A stretch of DNA of 64,000 nt, taken from an uncultured Thermoplasmata archaeon (lineage in GTDB: Archaea; Thermoplasmatota; Thermoplasmata; Lutacidiplasmatales; UBA184). Shown in pieces: positions 1 through 9,535 of the stretch; positions within the stretch are counted from its first letter, which is position 1; each line of letters opens with the position of its first letter. Location: NCBI GenBank assembly GCA_963696985.1, contig CAVOMG010000001.1:372737-436736 (forward strand). Reading direction: 5' to 3'. A program made the position numbers and the translations under genes. A model generated the notes under the pieces. It saw only the letters and a list, made by a program, of their open reading frames with translations, did not search any database and was not told the origin of the DNA.

Positions 1-585
1 GTCGGTGACCCCGAACCAGACGGCGATCACGCTCGCGAACGCGAGGATAGCGACCAGGTCGAGGAACAGCGGCAGGGAGAGGTTCGCATCGAGCCAGGCG
101 ACGCCGGCGAGGAGGCCGGCGATCCCGCCCGCGATGCTCACCAACTGGAACGAGGCGTACGCGCTGGGACGTTCCCACGACGGGAACTTCTCGAGGATGA
201 GGAGGTTCGAGGCGCTCGCCCCCGCCGGCGCGAGGAAGCCGACGATCGTGTAGAGGGTGAGCAGGAGCGGGAGCTGGGCGACGCTGTGGATGGTGCTGAG
301 CGCGAGATAGATGACCCCGAACCCGACGTAGTTGAGGAGCAGGAGACGACGGCGGGTCGGGTAGTGGTCGGCGACCCACCCCCAGGCCATCGAGGCGACG
401 ATCACGGCCCCATTGAACAGTGCGGCCGCGAGGGCGACGTCGGCCCACGCGCCGTGGAGCGTGATCAGGATGAGGAGCGGGAGGGCGACGCCGAATCCCG
501 ACGTGGCGGCGTTGATCGGGACGAACGCGAGGAGCCACGGGCGGGCGACCACGCGGCTCGGCCGGGTCGGTACGGACTCCGCCAT
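1..585 (-). CDS. MFS transporter, N-terminal part (3-prime end lies beyond the left edge of the window)
   Basis: Own minus-strand translation from ATG at 585-583: MAESVPTRPSRVVARPWLLAFVPINAATSGFGVALPLLILITLHGAW...MAWGWVADHYPTRRRLLLLNYVGFGVIYL... This gives consecutive hydrophobic helices, a motif-A-like WVADHYPTRRR loop and strong G/C at codon position 3. It is absent from the ORF track because it has no stop codon in the window. Confidence 0.65.
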   Translation of the reverse strand, partial: MAESVPTRPSRVVARPWLLAFVPINAATSGFGVALPLLILITLHGAWADVALAAALFNGAVIVASMAWGWVADHYPTRRRLLLLNYVGFGVIYLALSTIHSVAQLPLLLTLYTIVGFLAPAGASASNLLILEKFPSWERPSAYASFQLVSIAGGIAGLLAGVAWLDANLSLPLFLDLVAILAFASVIAVWFGVTD

Positions 586-673
586 AGCGGGACCGGCCGA
601 CCGGAGCGGAGCTCTAAAGGACCGTCGGCGGAAGGGCAACGCCGGTGCTCGGGCGCTCGCTCCGCAATAACTC

Positions 674-680
674 TTATAAA
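674..680 (+). promoter_or_regulatory. TATA-box-like element (TTATAAA) upstream of the Lrp/AsnC-type gene
   Basis: An AT-rich heptamer in an otherwise GC-rich spacer, about 33-39 nt upstream of the start at 713. This is the archaeal TATA to TSS spacing expected for a leaderless or short-leader mRNA. Confidence 0.35.
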
Positions 681-712
681 GGAAGGGCGGTGTCTCGCGC
701 CCGTCAGAACAG

Positions 713-955
713 GTGGGCTCGTTGGCAATCGGCTTCGTCCTGATCAGCACCGCCCCGGCGAAGGAGCATGAGGTCTACACGGAGCTCCTGCGCGTCAAGG
801 GGATCGTCGAACTCCACCCCCTCTTCGGGGAGTACGACCTGATCGCCAAGGTCGAGGCGGACGACTTCAACGCGCTCGGCCAGCTCGTGGTCGACAAGAT
901 CCGGGCGGTCCCGGGCGTGATCGACACGAAGACGCTCACTGGCATCAAGTTCTGA
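713..955 (+). CDS. Small Lrp/AsnC-family ligand-binding (RAM) domain protein
   Basis: 80 aa: GFVLISTAPAKEHEVYTELLRVKGIVELHPLFGEYDLIAKVEADDFNALGQLVVDKIRAVPGVIDTKTL. This is the typical stand-alone AsnC-type beta-alpha-beta-beta-alpha-beta fold signature. Confidence 0.7.
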   Translation: MGSLAIGFVLISTAPAKEHEVYTELLRVKGIVELHPLFGEYDLIAKVEADDFNALGQLVVDKIRAVPGVIDTKTLTGIKF

Positions 956-969
956 GGAAGGTTCGACCG

Positions 970-1290
970 ATGTTGACCGAAACGCTCTGGGGCGCCACGC
1001 TATCCGTCGGATTCGTCGAGTTCGGGGCGATCCTGCTCCTTGTCTTCGGGTTGTTCCTGATCCTGGCCGGGATCTTTACGGCGTACTTCGGGAGCGGCAA
1101 GAGCCGGACGATCGGGGTCGTCCTCCTCGTCGTCGGGATTGTCGTTGGAGTCCTGACCGCGTACTGGTACCACAGCTCGACGTCCGGCCTTACGAGCCTC
1201 ATCGAGGAATCGCTCCTCGTCATTGTCGCCGCCGTGATCGGGGCCCTCGCCGCGATCGCCATCTTCTTGGTGGCGATCATGAAGTCGTAG
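970..1290 (+). CDS. Small integral membrane protein (3 predicted TM helices), function unknown
   Basis: 106 aa with three long hydrophobic stretches (FVEFGAILLLVFGLFLILAGIF, IGVVLLVVGIVVGVLTAYW, LLVIVAAVIGALAAIAIFLVAI). High GC3. Confidence 0.5.
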   Translation: MLTETLWGATLSVGFVEFGAILLLVFGLFLILAGIFTAYFGSGKSRTIGVVLLVVGIVVGVLTAYWYHSSTSGLTSLIEESLLVIVAAVIGALAAIAIFLVAIMKS

Positions 1291-1324
1291 GCCCGTCAAC
1301 CTCGAAGGCCGGAGGCGGTCCGGC

Positions 1325-2122
1325 GTGCCGACGCGGCTCGTCACCTTGACGAGCGACATCGGGTGGGCGTACGCCGCTCAGATGAAGGGGGTCCTCGCCC
1401 GGACCCTCCCGCCCGGGGCGGTGGTCGACCTCACCCACGACCTCCCGGCCCGGGCCATCGAGGAGGCGGCGTTCCTGCTCCGGCACATGGCGGCCCCGTT
1501 TCCTCCAGGGACCGTCCACGTGGCGATCATCGACCCAGGGGTCGGAGGATCGAGGGGGGCCGTCGCGGTCGAGTGCGAGGACGGAAGCTTCCTCGTCGGC
1601 CCCGACAACGGGGTGCTGGCCCCGATCGCTGCCCACCTCGGGGTCCGTCGGGTCGTCCGGTTGCCGCCTCGGACCACCGGGGCTCGGGAAGGCGCCACCT
1701 TCGACGGACGAGACCTGTTTGCGCCGGCGGCCGCCCGGCTCGCCAAGGGCACGCCCCTCAAGGCCCTGGGCTCCCCGACGTCGCTCTCGCCCCTCATCCT
1801 TCCCGCCCCAACCGTCACCCCCGACGAGCTTCGGGGCCGGGTCGTCCACGTCGACCGGTTCGGGAACCTCATCACCGACCTCCCCACCGAGACCGGGCCT
1901 CCGGAAGGATCTAGGGTTCCGGTGCGGCTCGGGCGCCGTCGACCGATCGTCCTGCGGCGGGTCCGCGCGTATGACGCGGTCCAAGTCGGCGAGAGCGCCC
2001 TCGTCGGCTCGAGCTTCGGTCTCCTCGAGGTGAGCGTCCGGGAGGGAAGTGCCGCGGCGCGTTACCGGGCCCGGACCGGCCTCCCGGTTTCGGTCCTCCG
2101 ACGCCCGCAACGATATCGATAA
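1325..2122 (+). CDS. SAM hydroxide adenosyltransferase family protein (DUF62 / SAM hydrolase, SalL-like fold)
   Basis: N-terminus VTLTSDIGWAYAAQMKGVL...DLTHDLP...VHVAIIDPGVGGSR..., followed by GPDNGVL and VVHVDRFGNLITD. These match the conserved blocks of the family as I recall them. Confidence 0.75.
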   Translation: MPTRLVTLTSDIGWAYAAQMKGVLARTLPPGAVVDLTHDLPARAIEEAAFLLRHMAAPFPPGTVHVAIIDPGVGGSRGAVAVECEDGSFLVGPDNGVLAPIAAHLGVRRVVRLPPRTTGAREGATFDGRDLFAPAAARLAKGTPLKALGSPTSLSPLILPAPTVTPDELRGRVVHVDRFGNLITDLPTETGPPEGSRVPVRLGRRRPIVLRRVRAYDAVQVGESALVGSSFGLLEVSVREGSAAARYRARTGLPVSVLRRPQRYR

Positions 2123-2171
2123 TAACTGCCGCCGGCACGTCACGGTGGGACGATCCGTCGACCCGTTCAAG

Positions 2172-3336
2172 ATGGCGAAGCGCGACTACTACGAGGTCCT
2201 CGGGGTCCCGAGGTCCGCCTCCCCCGACGAGGTGAAGTCGGCGTACCGCCGGCTCGCCCGCCTCCATCACCCCGACATGAACAAGGAGAACCCGAAGGCG
2301 GCCGAGGAGAAGTTCAAGGAGCTCTCCGAAGCGTACGAGGTGCTCGTCGACCCCGAGCGGCGCGCCCGGTACGACTCGCTCGGGTTCACCGGGGTCCAAC
2401 AGGATTTCGGGCCCGGGGGCTTCGGCTGGCAGAACTTTACCCATGCCCAGGACCTCGAGGACCTCCTCGGATCGACCGATTTCTTCCAGCACCTCTTCGG
2501 CGGCGGGATCCCGACCGGCCTCTTCGGGCGGCCGACCGGCCGACGGTCCGGGATCCCGGCCCGGGGGAGCGATGTCGAGATCTCGGTGCGGCTGCCGATG
2601 TCGGCGGCGGTCACCGGGGCCGAGCCGATGCTCGAGGTCCCCACGAGCCAGCGGTGCCCGGACTGCCGGGGGACGGGGGCCCTCCGAGGGACCGCCCTCG
2701 AGAAGTGCCCGGAGTGCGACGGGCGCGGTCAGGTCCGCCGCTCTCAGAGCCGCGGGTTCAGCCAGCTCGATCACCATCCTCGAATGCCCGATGTGCCACG
2801 GGACCGGCCAGCGGATCCGGGAGCCGTGCCCAACCTGCGACGCCACCGGGATCCTGCGGAGGGTGAAGAAGCTCAAGGTGGAGGTGCCCCCCGGGATCGA
2901 GGACGGGGCGGTCCTCCGGCTCGCTCACCAGGGCGTTCCGGCCGACGGCAGCGGCCCCCCGGGCGATCTCTTCGTCCAGGTCCTGCTCGACCCTATGCTC
3001 AACATCCACCGGGAGGGACAGGACGCCTACACCGAGGCCCACGTGGCGCTCGGCCTCGCCCTCTTCGGCGGGGAAGCGCGGGTGAACACGATCACCGGTC
3101 AAGCGATCCTGACGGTACCCGCGGGCACCCAGCCCGAGACCCGCTTCCGACTCCGGAGGGAAGGGTTCCCGAGGCTTCGGAGCACCGACCGGGGCGACCT
3201 CATCGTGACCGTGCACGTCGACCTCCCCGAATCGCTGAACGCCCACCAGCGCGACCTCCTTCGAGAGGCGCTCGGGATCTCGGCGGCTCGCGAGGCGGCC
3301 TCCCGCCGGAGCGGGCTCTTCGGCCGACGTTCGTAG
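2172..3336 (+). CDS. dnaJ: Chaperone DnaJ, with an apparent 1-nt frame disruption between about 2754 and 2770
   Basis: J domain (DYYEVLGV...YRRLARLHHPDMN), a G/F-rich linker and four CxxCxGxG motifs. CPDCRGTG and CPECDGRG lie in the frame of ORF 2049..3518. CPMCHGTG and CPTCDATG plus the whole C-terminal domain lie in the frame of ORF 2443..3336. Confidence 0.85.
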
Positions 3337-3343
3337 GACGCCC

Positions 3344-4063
3344 GTGGCCGGGGAGTGGGGGGAGGCGACCGAGCCCGAGCACTACTTCAGCGAACGGCCG
3401 AAGGTCGCCTCCCAGCGGCGCGAGCTCCACTTCCTCTACCGAGGGAGCCGGATCACGGTCACCGTCGACCGCGGTGTCTTCGCCTCTACGGCGCTCGATC
3501 CGGGAACGGCGCTCTTGATCGAACGGCTCGACCCCGACCCTTCGGACCGGATCCTCGACCTCGGTTGCGGGTGGGGAGCGATCGGGATCGCCGCGGCGAG
3601 GGCGTCGCCGAACGGGCACGTGGTCCTCACCGACGTCAACCGACGAGCGGCCCTCCTCGCGCGCTCGAACCTCCGACGGAACCGGCTCGAGAACGCCGAA
3701 GTGCGGGTCGGGCCGGGGTTCCAACCGATCGGGGAGGAACGGTTCGACCTGATCGCCACCAACCCGCCCTACCACGCAGGCCGAGAGCTGGTGCTCGGGC
3801 TCCTCGAGGAGGCGCCCCGCCACCTTTCCGACCGCGGCCGCCTGCTGATCGTCGGCAAAGGCAGCCAGGGGATCCGGTTCTACCAAGCGTGGCTCGCCGA
3901 GCACTGGGCCGTTCCGGTCGAGGTCCTCGCCCGGGGAGGCGGATACCGGGTCCTCGAGGCCCGTCGACCCGGTTCGTCGCCCGAGGCGCCTCGGGGCGCC
4001 GAGCCGGAGCCAGCGCCGTCGGCGGGAAAGGGTCCAGTTCGGCGACTTCCCCGAAGCACTTAA
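3344..4063 (+). CDS. Class I SAM-dependent methyltransferase, RsmC/RlmG-like (small MTS domain)
   Basis: ILDLGCGWGAIGIAAA (motif I), VVLTDVN, and DLIATNPPYH (the NPPY catalytic motif of N-methyltransferases). Confidence 0.7.
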   Translation: MAGEWGEATEPEHYFSERPKVASQRRELHFLYRGSRITVTVDRGVFASTALDPGTALLIERLDPDPSDRILDLGCGWGAIGIAAARASPNGHVVLTDVNRRAALLARSNLRRNRLENAEVRVGPGFQPIGEERFDLIATNPPYHAGRELVLGLLEEAPRHLSDRGRLLIVGKGSQGIRFYQAWLAEHWAVPVEVLARGGGYRVLEARRPGSSPEAPRGAEPEPAPSAGKGPVRRLPRST

Positions 4064-4131
4064 ATGGGGAAGCCTGCTCGGCGGCCGCGCCTGCCCTCGG
4101 CCGGCTCCCCGCTCCCGGGGAGGAGCGGTCG

Positions 4132-4980
4132 GTGGGGCCGCAACCCACAAAGAAGGTGAACCCCGCGCCCAAGAATCCTCCGTCCCCGGAAGACCCGAAG
4201 GCCGCGCCCGCGGCGCCCGAGCCCGACGAAGCGGAGGCGAAGTCGGCCCGGAAGGAGAAGGGACCGAAGGGCAAGGACGGGAAGGAAGGCAAGGATTCGA
4301 AGGGCGGCGAGGCGAAGGGGAAGGCCGCGAAGCCCGGCGCCCCCGGGTCGAAGAAGAAGGCCAAACCCGTCCCCGACAATCCGAACTTCCGATACATCGT
4401 GCGCATCGCCGGCTCGGACCTTGACGGCCAGCGCTCCACGGCGCTCGCCCTCACCGGCGTCCGAGGGGTCGGCCTTCGAATGGCGACCGTCGCCTGCCGG
4501 ATGGCGAACGTCAGTGCGAGCGAGATGATCGGCAACCTCCCGGAGCCGACGGTCGAGGGTCTCGAGGCGGTGCTCAGCGGGCTCTCGGAACGCCTGCCCC
4601 CCTGGATGCTCAATCATCCCGTCGACTGGGTCGGCGGCGAGGCTCACCACAACATCGGCGCAGAGCTCGAGACGTCGCGCCGCGACGACATCAACCGAAT
4701 GAAGATGATCCGTTCCTACCGGGGCGTCCGGCACGAGCGCGGCCAGAAGGTCCGCGGCCAGCGGACCCGCTCGAACGGCCGCACGGGCATGGCCGCGGGC
4801 GTGCTCAAGAAGGAGGCCAAGGCCGCCGCGGCGGCCAAGGAAGAGGGCGGCGGCGCCGCAGCGGCGCCGGCCGCCCCGGCGGCGGCTGCGGCGACGTCGA
4901 AGACCCCCGCCTCCGGGTCGAAGGCGGCAGCGCCGGCCAAGGCCGCGACCCCGGCGAAGGGCGAGGAGAAGAAATCCTAG
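4132..4980 (+). CDS. rps13: 30S ribosomal protein uS13 with Lys/Ala/Pro-rich N- and C-terminal extensions (start uncertain, 4064-4156)
   Basis: The core NPNFRYIVRIAGSDLDGQRSTALALTGVRGVGLRMA...MIRSYRGVRHERGQKVRGQRTRSNGR is unmistakably uS13. The same frame is open upstream and encodes KKVNPAPKNPPSPEDPKAAP...GKDGKEGKDSKGGEAKGKAAKPGAPGSKKKAKP. The candidate GTG at 4132 follows a GGAGGAG motif. Confidence 0.8.
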   Translation: MGPQPTKKVNPAPKNPPSPEDPKAAPAAPEPDEAEAKSARKEKGPKGKDGKEGKDSKGGEAKGKAAKPGAPGSKKKAKPVPDNPNFRYIVRIAGSDLDGQRSTALALTGVRGVGLRMATVACRMANVSASEMIGNLPEPTVEGLEAVLSGLSERLPPWMLNHPVDWVGGEAHHNIGAELETSRRDDINRMKMIRSYRGVRHERGQKVRGQRTRSNGRTGMAAGVLKKEAKAAAAAKEEGGGAAAAPAAPAAAAATSKTPASGSKAAAPAKAATPAKGEEKKS

Positions 4981-4984
4981 GGCG

Positions 4985-5581
4985 ATGGGCGATCCCAAGT
5001 TCCTCCGGCGGACCTACGATGCTCCTAAGCACCCTTGGGAGGCCGCCCGAATGGACGAGGAGCGCAAGCTCCTCCAGAAATACGGGCTCAAGAACAAGCG
5101 CGAGCTTTGGAAGGCCCAGGCGATCCTCCGGGGGTTCCGCCGGCAGGCCCGGGACCTCCAGGCGCGATTGCGAGCCGGAGAGGAGCAGGCTCGGCGCGAG
5201 ACCGACGGCCTCCTCGGCCGCCTCACGCGCCTCGGCCTCCTGCCCGCTGGGACGACGACCCTTGACGATGTCCTCGCGCTCGGGATCGAGGATGTGCTGA
5301 GCCGCCGGTTCGAGTGGATCGTGGTCCGCCGGGGACTCGCCGGGACGCCGAACGGCGCCCGGCAACTGATCGTCCATGGCCACTTGGCGATCGGGGACCG
5401 CCGCATGACCCGACCCGGATACTTCGTCCCGGCGGCCGACGAGCCCCGGATCAGCTACACCCCAACGAGCCCGATCACCTCGGAGGAGCACCCGATCCGA
5501 GTGGCGCTGAGGGAGAAGCTCGAGGCCCGTGGCGCCGAGCCGGTCCCGACCGAGGGGCCGAGCGGCCCGACGGGGGGCTGA
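4985..5581 (+). CDS. rps4: 30S ribosomal protein uS4
   Basis: [44 protein letters not shown]... and the S4 domain [16 protein letters not shown]...[24 protein letters not shown]. Confidence 0.9.
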   Translation: MGDPKFLRRTYDAPKHPWEAARMDEERKLLQKYGLKNKRELWKAQAILRGFRRQARDLQARLRAGEEQARRETDGLLGRLTRLGLLPAGTTTLDDVLALGIEDVLSRRFEWIVVRRGLAGTPNGARQLIVHGHLAIGDRRMTRPGYFVPAADEPRISYTPTSPITSEEHPIRVALREKLEARGAEPVPTEGPSGPTGG

Positions 5582-5587
5582 GGCGAC

Positions 5588-5970
5588 ATGGCGAAGATCG
5601 GGATCGCGCACATCTACGCGAGCTACAACAACATCCACATCACGGTCACCGACATCACCGGCGCCGAGACGCTCACCAAGGCGACGGGCGGGATGGTCGT
5701 GAAGGCGGCCCGCGACGAGTCGAGTCCCTATGCGGCGATGAAGGCCGCCGACCAGGTCGCGGCCGTGATGAAGGAGAAGGGGTACGATACCCTCCACATC
5801 CGGGTCCGCGCTCCCGGCGGCAATCGCTCGCGCTCGCCGGGCCCGGGGCCCAGGCGGCGATCCGGGCGCTCTCGAGGGCCGGCATCCGCATCAATCGCAT
5901 CGAGGACGTCACCCCGGTCCCCCACGACGGCACGAAGGCCAAGGGCGGACGCCGGGGCCGGAGGGTCTGA
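5588..5970 (+). CDS. rps11: 30S ribosomal protein uS11, with an apparent 1-nt deletion in the G run at 5845-5848
   Basis: [25 protein letters not shown]...[43 protein letters not shown] lies in the frame of ORF 5588... The conserved end [40 protein letters not shown] lies in the frame of ORF 5314..5970. Confidence 0.85.
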
Positions 5971-6821
5971 TGGCGATGGAATCCACCATCCAGGAGCTCA
6001 AGCCCCGGGCGCTCGCACTCGAGTTCACCGGGACCACGGCGGCTCAGGTCAACGCCGTCCGGCGCACGCTCCTCTCCGATGTCCCGAAGCTTGCGATCGA
6101 GGACGTCGAGTTCCATCTCGGACCGATCCGGGACGAGACGACCGGGAAGGACTACGACTCCTCGACGAGCATGTTCGACGAGGCGGTCGCCCTGCGGCTC
6201 GGCCTGCTGCCGGTTCCGATGGACCTCGGGCAGTTCCGCCGCAAGTCCGAGTGCACCTGCAACGGCGAGGGATGCGTGCACTGCCAGGCGATGTACTCGA
6301 TCGACAAGAAGGGGCCATGCACGGTCTATGCCCGGGACCTGGTGCCCCTCGGCGATCCGACCCTCGCGATCCTCTCCCCGGAAGTGCCGATCGTTCGGCT
6401 CGGGGCCCGCCAGGCGCTGCTCGCTTACGCGACGGCCGTCGTCGGGACCGCCCGCGAGCACTCGAAGTGGCAGGTCGCCCACGCCGTCGGGGTCTACCCG
6501 CATCCGCACATCAAGGTCTCGAAGAAATCGAACTGCTCGGACGCCTGCCTGAAACGGGCGGCCCAGTCCTGCCCGGTGGACATCCTCGAATACGCTAGCG
6601 GCAAGATGACCGTCACCGACGAGTCGAAGTGCATCCTCTGCGGGGCCTGCGAGAAGTCCTGCGAGCACGGCTCGGTCAAGGTCGAGCCGGACGAGGACCG
6701 CTACTTCCTCCACTTCGAGACCGATGGCAGCCTGACGACCCGCGAGGCCCTCCGATACGCGCTCAAGGACCTGAAGCGCCGCTACGAGGAGCTGCGCGAG
6801 GCGATCCAGTCGATCCCGTAG
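5970..6821 (+). CDS. rpoD: DNA-directed RNA polymerase subunit D (Rpo3) with a ferredoxin-like Cys-rich insertion
   Basis: Canonical position after uS13-uS4-uS11. Sequence blocks [32 protein letters not shown] and LRLGLLPVP, plus the Cys clusters CxCxxxxCxxC and CSDAC...C...[11 protein letters not shown]. The start overlaps the rps11 stop (TGATG). Confidence 0.9.
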   Translation: MAMESTIQELKPRALALEFTGTTAAQVNAVRRTLLSDVPKLAIEDVEFHLGPIRDETTGKDYDSSTSMFDEAVALRLGLLPVPMDLGQFRRKSECTCNGEGCVHCQAMYSIDKKGPCTVYARDLVPLGDPTLAILSPEVPIVRLGARQALLAYATAVVGTAREHSKWQVAHAVGVYPHPHIKVSKKSNCSDACLKRAAQSCPVDILEYASGKMTVTDESKCILCGACEKSCEHGSVKVEPDEDRYFLHFETDGSLTTREALRYALKDLKRRYEELREAIQSIP

Positions 6822-7899
6822 CGCCAGCCGCCCGCCCCTCCGGGACCCACTCGTACCGGAGCAGGGCCCCGATCTTTCCAAGGCCGGCGAGCCGTTTGCC
6901 CGCGGCCCCCTCCTCCCGCACGACGAACAGGCGCGCGCGGTCGCCTCGGGCGACCTCCATCGCCCGGATCGCCGACGGCTCGGTGAGCAAGGTTTCCGAA
7001 ACGAGGAGCGTTTCGACCGCTCCCGCCGCAGCCGCCGCCCCGACCTCGTCGAGCCCGACCGCGGCGCGTCGCCCCCCCAGGGCGGTGACGAGCCGCTCCA
7101 CGAGATCGGCCTCCTCAGCAGCGACGGTCCCCCGGAGGACCTCCGTGGCCCGCCCGGAGCGCAGGAGCTCGTCGATGCCGGCCCGGCCCGATTCGCTCGT
7201 CGGGAAGAGGCGGACCTTCGAACGCAGGCCAGGCTCCGCCTCGAAGAGGGCCTTGGCGACCGTCTCCTTGAGGAAGCCCGGCCCGGCGATCACCAAGGCA
7301 TCGGCGCGCGCGGCCTCGGGGCGCAGCGCGCCGACGATCTCGGAGACGTAGGCGCCCCGGTCCTTCTCCCCCTGACCGCCACCGTAACGCTTCCCGGCGA
7401 TCGTCCGCCGCAGGTCGGCGATCGGCTCGATCGCCCGTCCGCGCAGCCGCACGATCGACGATTCCCCCCAATCGACGGCGGCGAGCAGGATGGCGGCCTC
7501 GCCCTTCCCGGCAATCCCCTCTTCGAGGAGCGAGCGCTCCGCGGGCGAGAGGGACTCCTTCTGGATCGAGATCTCGTCGCCGAGGTCGAGGTCGAGGGTA
7601 TGGTGACGCCCGATGTCGAACGGCGCCTCGACGATGGTCCCATTGATCCGGACGTGGCGGGAGAATCCGTGGAACTCGACCTCCTCGGCCCGGAGGATGA
7701 TCCAGATCCGCCGACGGGCGCGTTCAGCGGCCGGAGTGTCCTCGGGCGCTTCGGGGTCCCGCCGGGTCGTCGACGCCCCGACCCTCTCACCGACCCGGAC
7801 GAGTCGGGCGATCCGCCAGAGGTCGCTGGGCGTCTCCAGACGGAGCTTCAGGATCCCGGTCCTCGGGTCCTGATGGATCAGCCGCACCGATTCCCCCAT
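6763..7899 (-). CDS. pelA: mRNA surveillance protein Pelota
   Basis: MGESVRLIHQDPRTGILKLRLETPSDLWRIARLV...GFSRHVRINGTIV...VIAGPGFLKE...ESGRAGIDELL... I prefer the internal ATG at 7899 over the ORF-track start at 7980. The 3-prime end overlaps convergent rpoD by 59 nt. Confidence 0.85.
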   Translation of the reverse strand: MGESVRLIHQDPRTGILKLRLETPSDLWRIARLVRVGERVGASTTRRDPEAPEDTPAAERARRRIWIILRAEEVEFHGFSRHVRINGTIVEAPFDIGRHHTLDLDLGDEISIQKESLSPAERSLLEEGIAGKGEAAILLAAVDWGESSIVRLRGRAIEPIADLRRTIAGKRYGGGQGEKDRGAYVSEIVGALRPEAARADALVIAGPGFLKETVAKALFEAEPGLRSKVRLFPTSESGRAGIDELLRSGRATEVLRGTVAAEEADLVERLVTALGGRRAAVGLDEVGAAAAAGAVETLLVSETLLTEPSAIRAMEVARGDRARLFVVREEGAAGKRLAGLGKIGALLRYEWVPEGRAAGATGSTGSPRAAPRSGASGP

Positions 7900-8044
7900 T
7901 CCCCTTGACGGTCGGACGGGAAAAACCCCGCGCCCAACGCGCCGAGGAGGTCCTGGACTCGGATGGCCCCCACTTTCCAACCCTCATCGAGTCTCGATAC
8001 AGTTATGGTGGAAGCCACCGCTCGCCAGCCTCTAGGCACGGTCC

Positions 8045-9441
8045 GTGTTCAGCTACCAGGACCTCCTTCGCCGGCGTTCGTTCACCCCCTACTGGCTCGG
8101 CGGGGCGCTCTCGTTCGCTTCACCTTCCACCGTGCTCGTGGTCATGATCTGGGCCACCGCCACCGCCTACCCCGCATCGGACCCCTCGGCGGATTCGTTC
8201 TCCGCGCTCGCCCTCGCGATCCTCGGGCTCTCGGCGACGGTCCCCACGCTCGCCGCGGCCGTCCTCTCGGGCACCCTCGCGGACCGATTCGAACGACGTC
8301 GGTTGATGGCCGTCACGAACATCGCGGCCGTGCTCGCCACCGCCGGGTTGGTCGCGACCCTCTTCGCCCACCCGGACGGCACGATCCACCTCCCGGGCCC
8401 CCCGGATTCTACCTCCCCGAGTGGCTGGGGATCGCTTGCCCCCTTTGGGCGGTCGTGACGGCGTCGGCCACGCTCTTCAGGCCCGCCTTCAATTCGAACC
8501 TGCCGAACCTCGTTCCGACGGCGGCGCTCGGCCGGGCGAACGGCCTCGTCGGCGGCGCGGCTGTCGCCGCCAGCATCGCCGGATCGCTCGGCGCGACCGG
8601 CCTCATCATGGAGCTCGGTGAGGGCTGGGCGCTCCTCGTCCCGCTCGCGCTCTTCGTCACGACGGGCGTCGCCGTGTACGCCATGCGGCCGGCCCAGGGA
8701 TCCCCGACCCGTCGGACCTCCCGGTTCTCGACCGAGGTCGCCGAGGGATACCGGTTCCTCTATCGCAACCGGGCCCTCCTCCTCGTGACCGTCGCGAGCC
8801 TGCTCATCAACTTTCTCGCGGCGATCGCCTTTGTCGAGCTGGGCCTCTATGTGCGGGACTGGCTCGGCGTCTCCGAGGCGATCCTCCTCGGAGCGATCAC
8901 GACGAGCGCGACCGTCGGGTCCGGCCTCGGCACCGTCCTCGCGGGTCGGCTCGGTTTCGAGCGACGCGCGGGCCAGTACCTCATCGTTTTCACCGTCGGT
9001 CAGGGGCTTGCGATGCTCGCCCTCGCCTTCTCCCGCTCGATCTGGACGAGCCTCCCCATCATGGTCGTCTTCGGGCTCTTCCCGGGGCTCTCGAACACGA
9101 TCTTCCTCGCCACGATGCAGGCGGTGGTGCCGAACCGCCTGCTCGGCCGGGTCCTCGCCGCCGACGAGGTCGGCAGCTATGGATTGGTCCCGATCGGCCA
9201 GTACGTCGGTGGCCTCGCCACTCTGGTGGCGGGGGTGCAGGCCACCTTCATCCTTGCCGGGTCGGGAACCGTCGCGGTGGCCGGCGGGATGGCCTCCTTC
9301 TCCGGCCTCCGTCGCCTGGGGTTCGAGCCCCGAACGGTCGGTGCCGGCGGCGAGGCTCGGGCGGTCGCTCCCCCCGAGCCGCTCGGGCCCGGCTCGGTGG
9401 CGCCCATCGCTGATCCATCGTCGGTCCCGCCCGAGCGGTAA
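8045..9441 (+). CDS. MFS transporter (EntS/MFS_3-like), with an apparent 1-nt deletion in the C run at 8398-8403
   Basis: The N-terminal 120 aa (FTPYWLGGALSF...LSGTLADRFERRRLMAV, motif A) lie in ORF 8045..8458. The remaining TM helices (LFRPAFNSNLPNLVP...GRANGL...) lie in the frame of ORF 7963..9441. Confidence 0.75.
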
Positions 9442-9502
9442 CGTCCTCGATTTTGGCCGCGGCGCCCTCCAAACCATTAAATGGTCCGTTCATCATACAC
9501 AC

Positions 9503-9531
9503 GTCTGACAAAAGTAATCTTATTGTCAGAC
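9503..9531. promoter_or_regulatory. Perfect 9-bp inverted repeat GTCTGACAA-N11-TTGTCAGAC, candidate operator of the downstream RHH gene
   Basis: Arms at 9503-9511 and 9523-9531, read directly from the sequence. The repeat lies between an ATTAAAT TATA-like element (9476-9482) and the ATG at 9536, so it would cover the predicted transcription start. Confidence 0.5.
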
Positions 9532-9535
9532 ACCG

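Noticed and set aside
1277-2170. Long antisense or off-frame ORFs throughout the window, for example 1277..2170(-), 8167..9477(-), 14193..16226(-), 17273..18895(-), 21769..23094(-), 42619..44340(-), 48696..50357(-) and 51867..53417(-)
   Set aside because: Their translations are Arg/Pro/Gly/Asp-rich with no recognisable motifs. They lack the G/C enrichment at codon position 3 seen in the recognisable gene on the other strand or frame, and they fully shadow that gene. This is the expected by-product of stop-codon scarcity at this GC content.
5588-5970. Calling rps11, dnaJ, tsr3, etfAB and the other frame-disrupted genes pseudogenes, or proposing programmed frameshifting
   Set aside because: An essential single-copy ribosomal protein gene is affected. 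Most shift sites are simple G/C homopolymers without slippery heptamers or downstream structures that I could see. Both +1 and -1 changes occur. Consensus error is the parsimonious reading, but it needs the reads to confirm.
6763-6821. The 59-nt convergent overlap of pelota and rpoD as evidence for another frameshift
   Set aside because: The pelota C-terminal tail (…[18 protein letters not shown]…) is low-complexity, but I could not find an alternative frame with an earlier stop and better codon bias. It is left as annotated, with the uncertainty noted.
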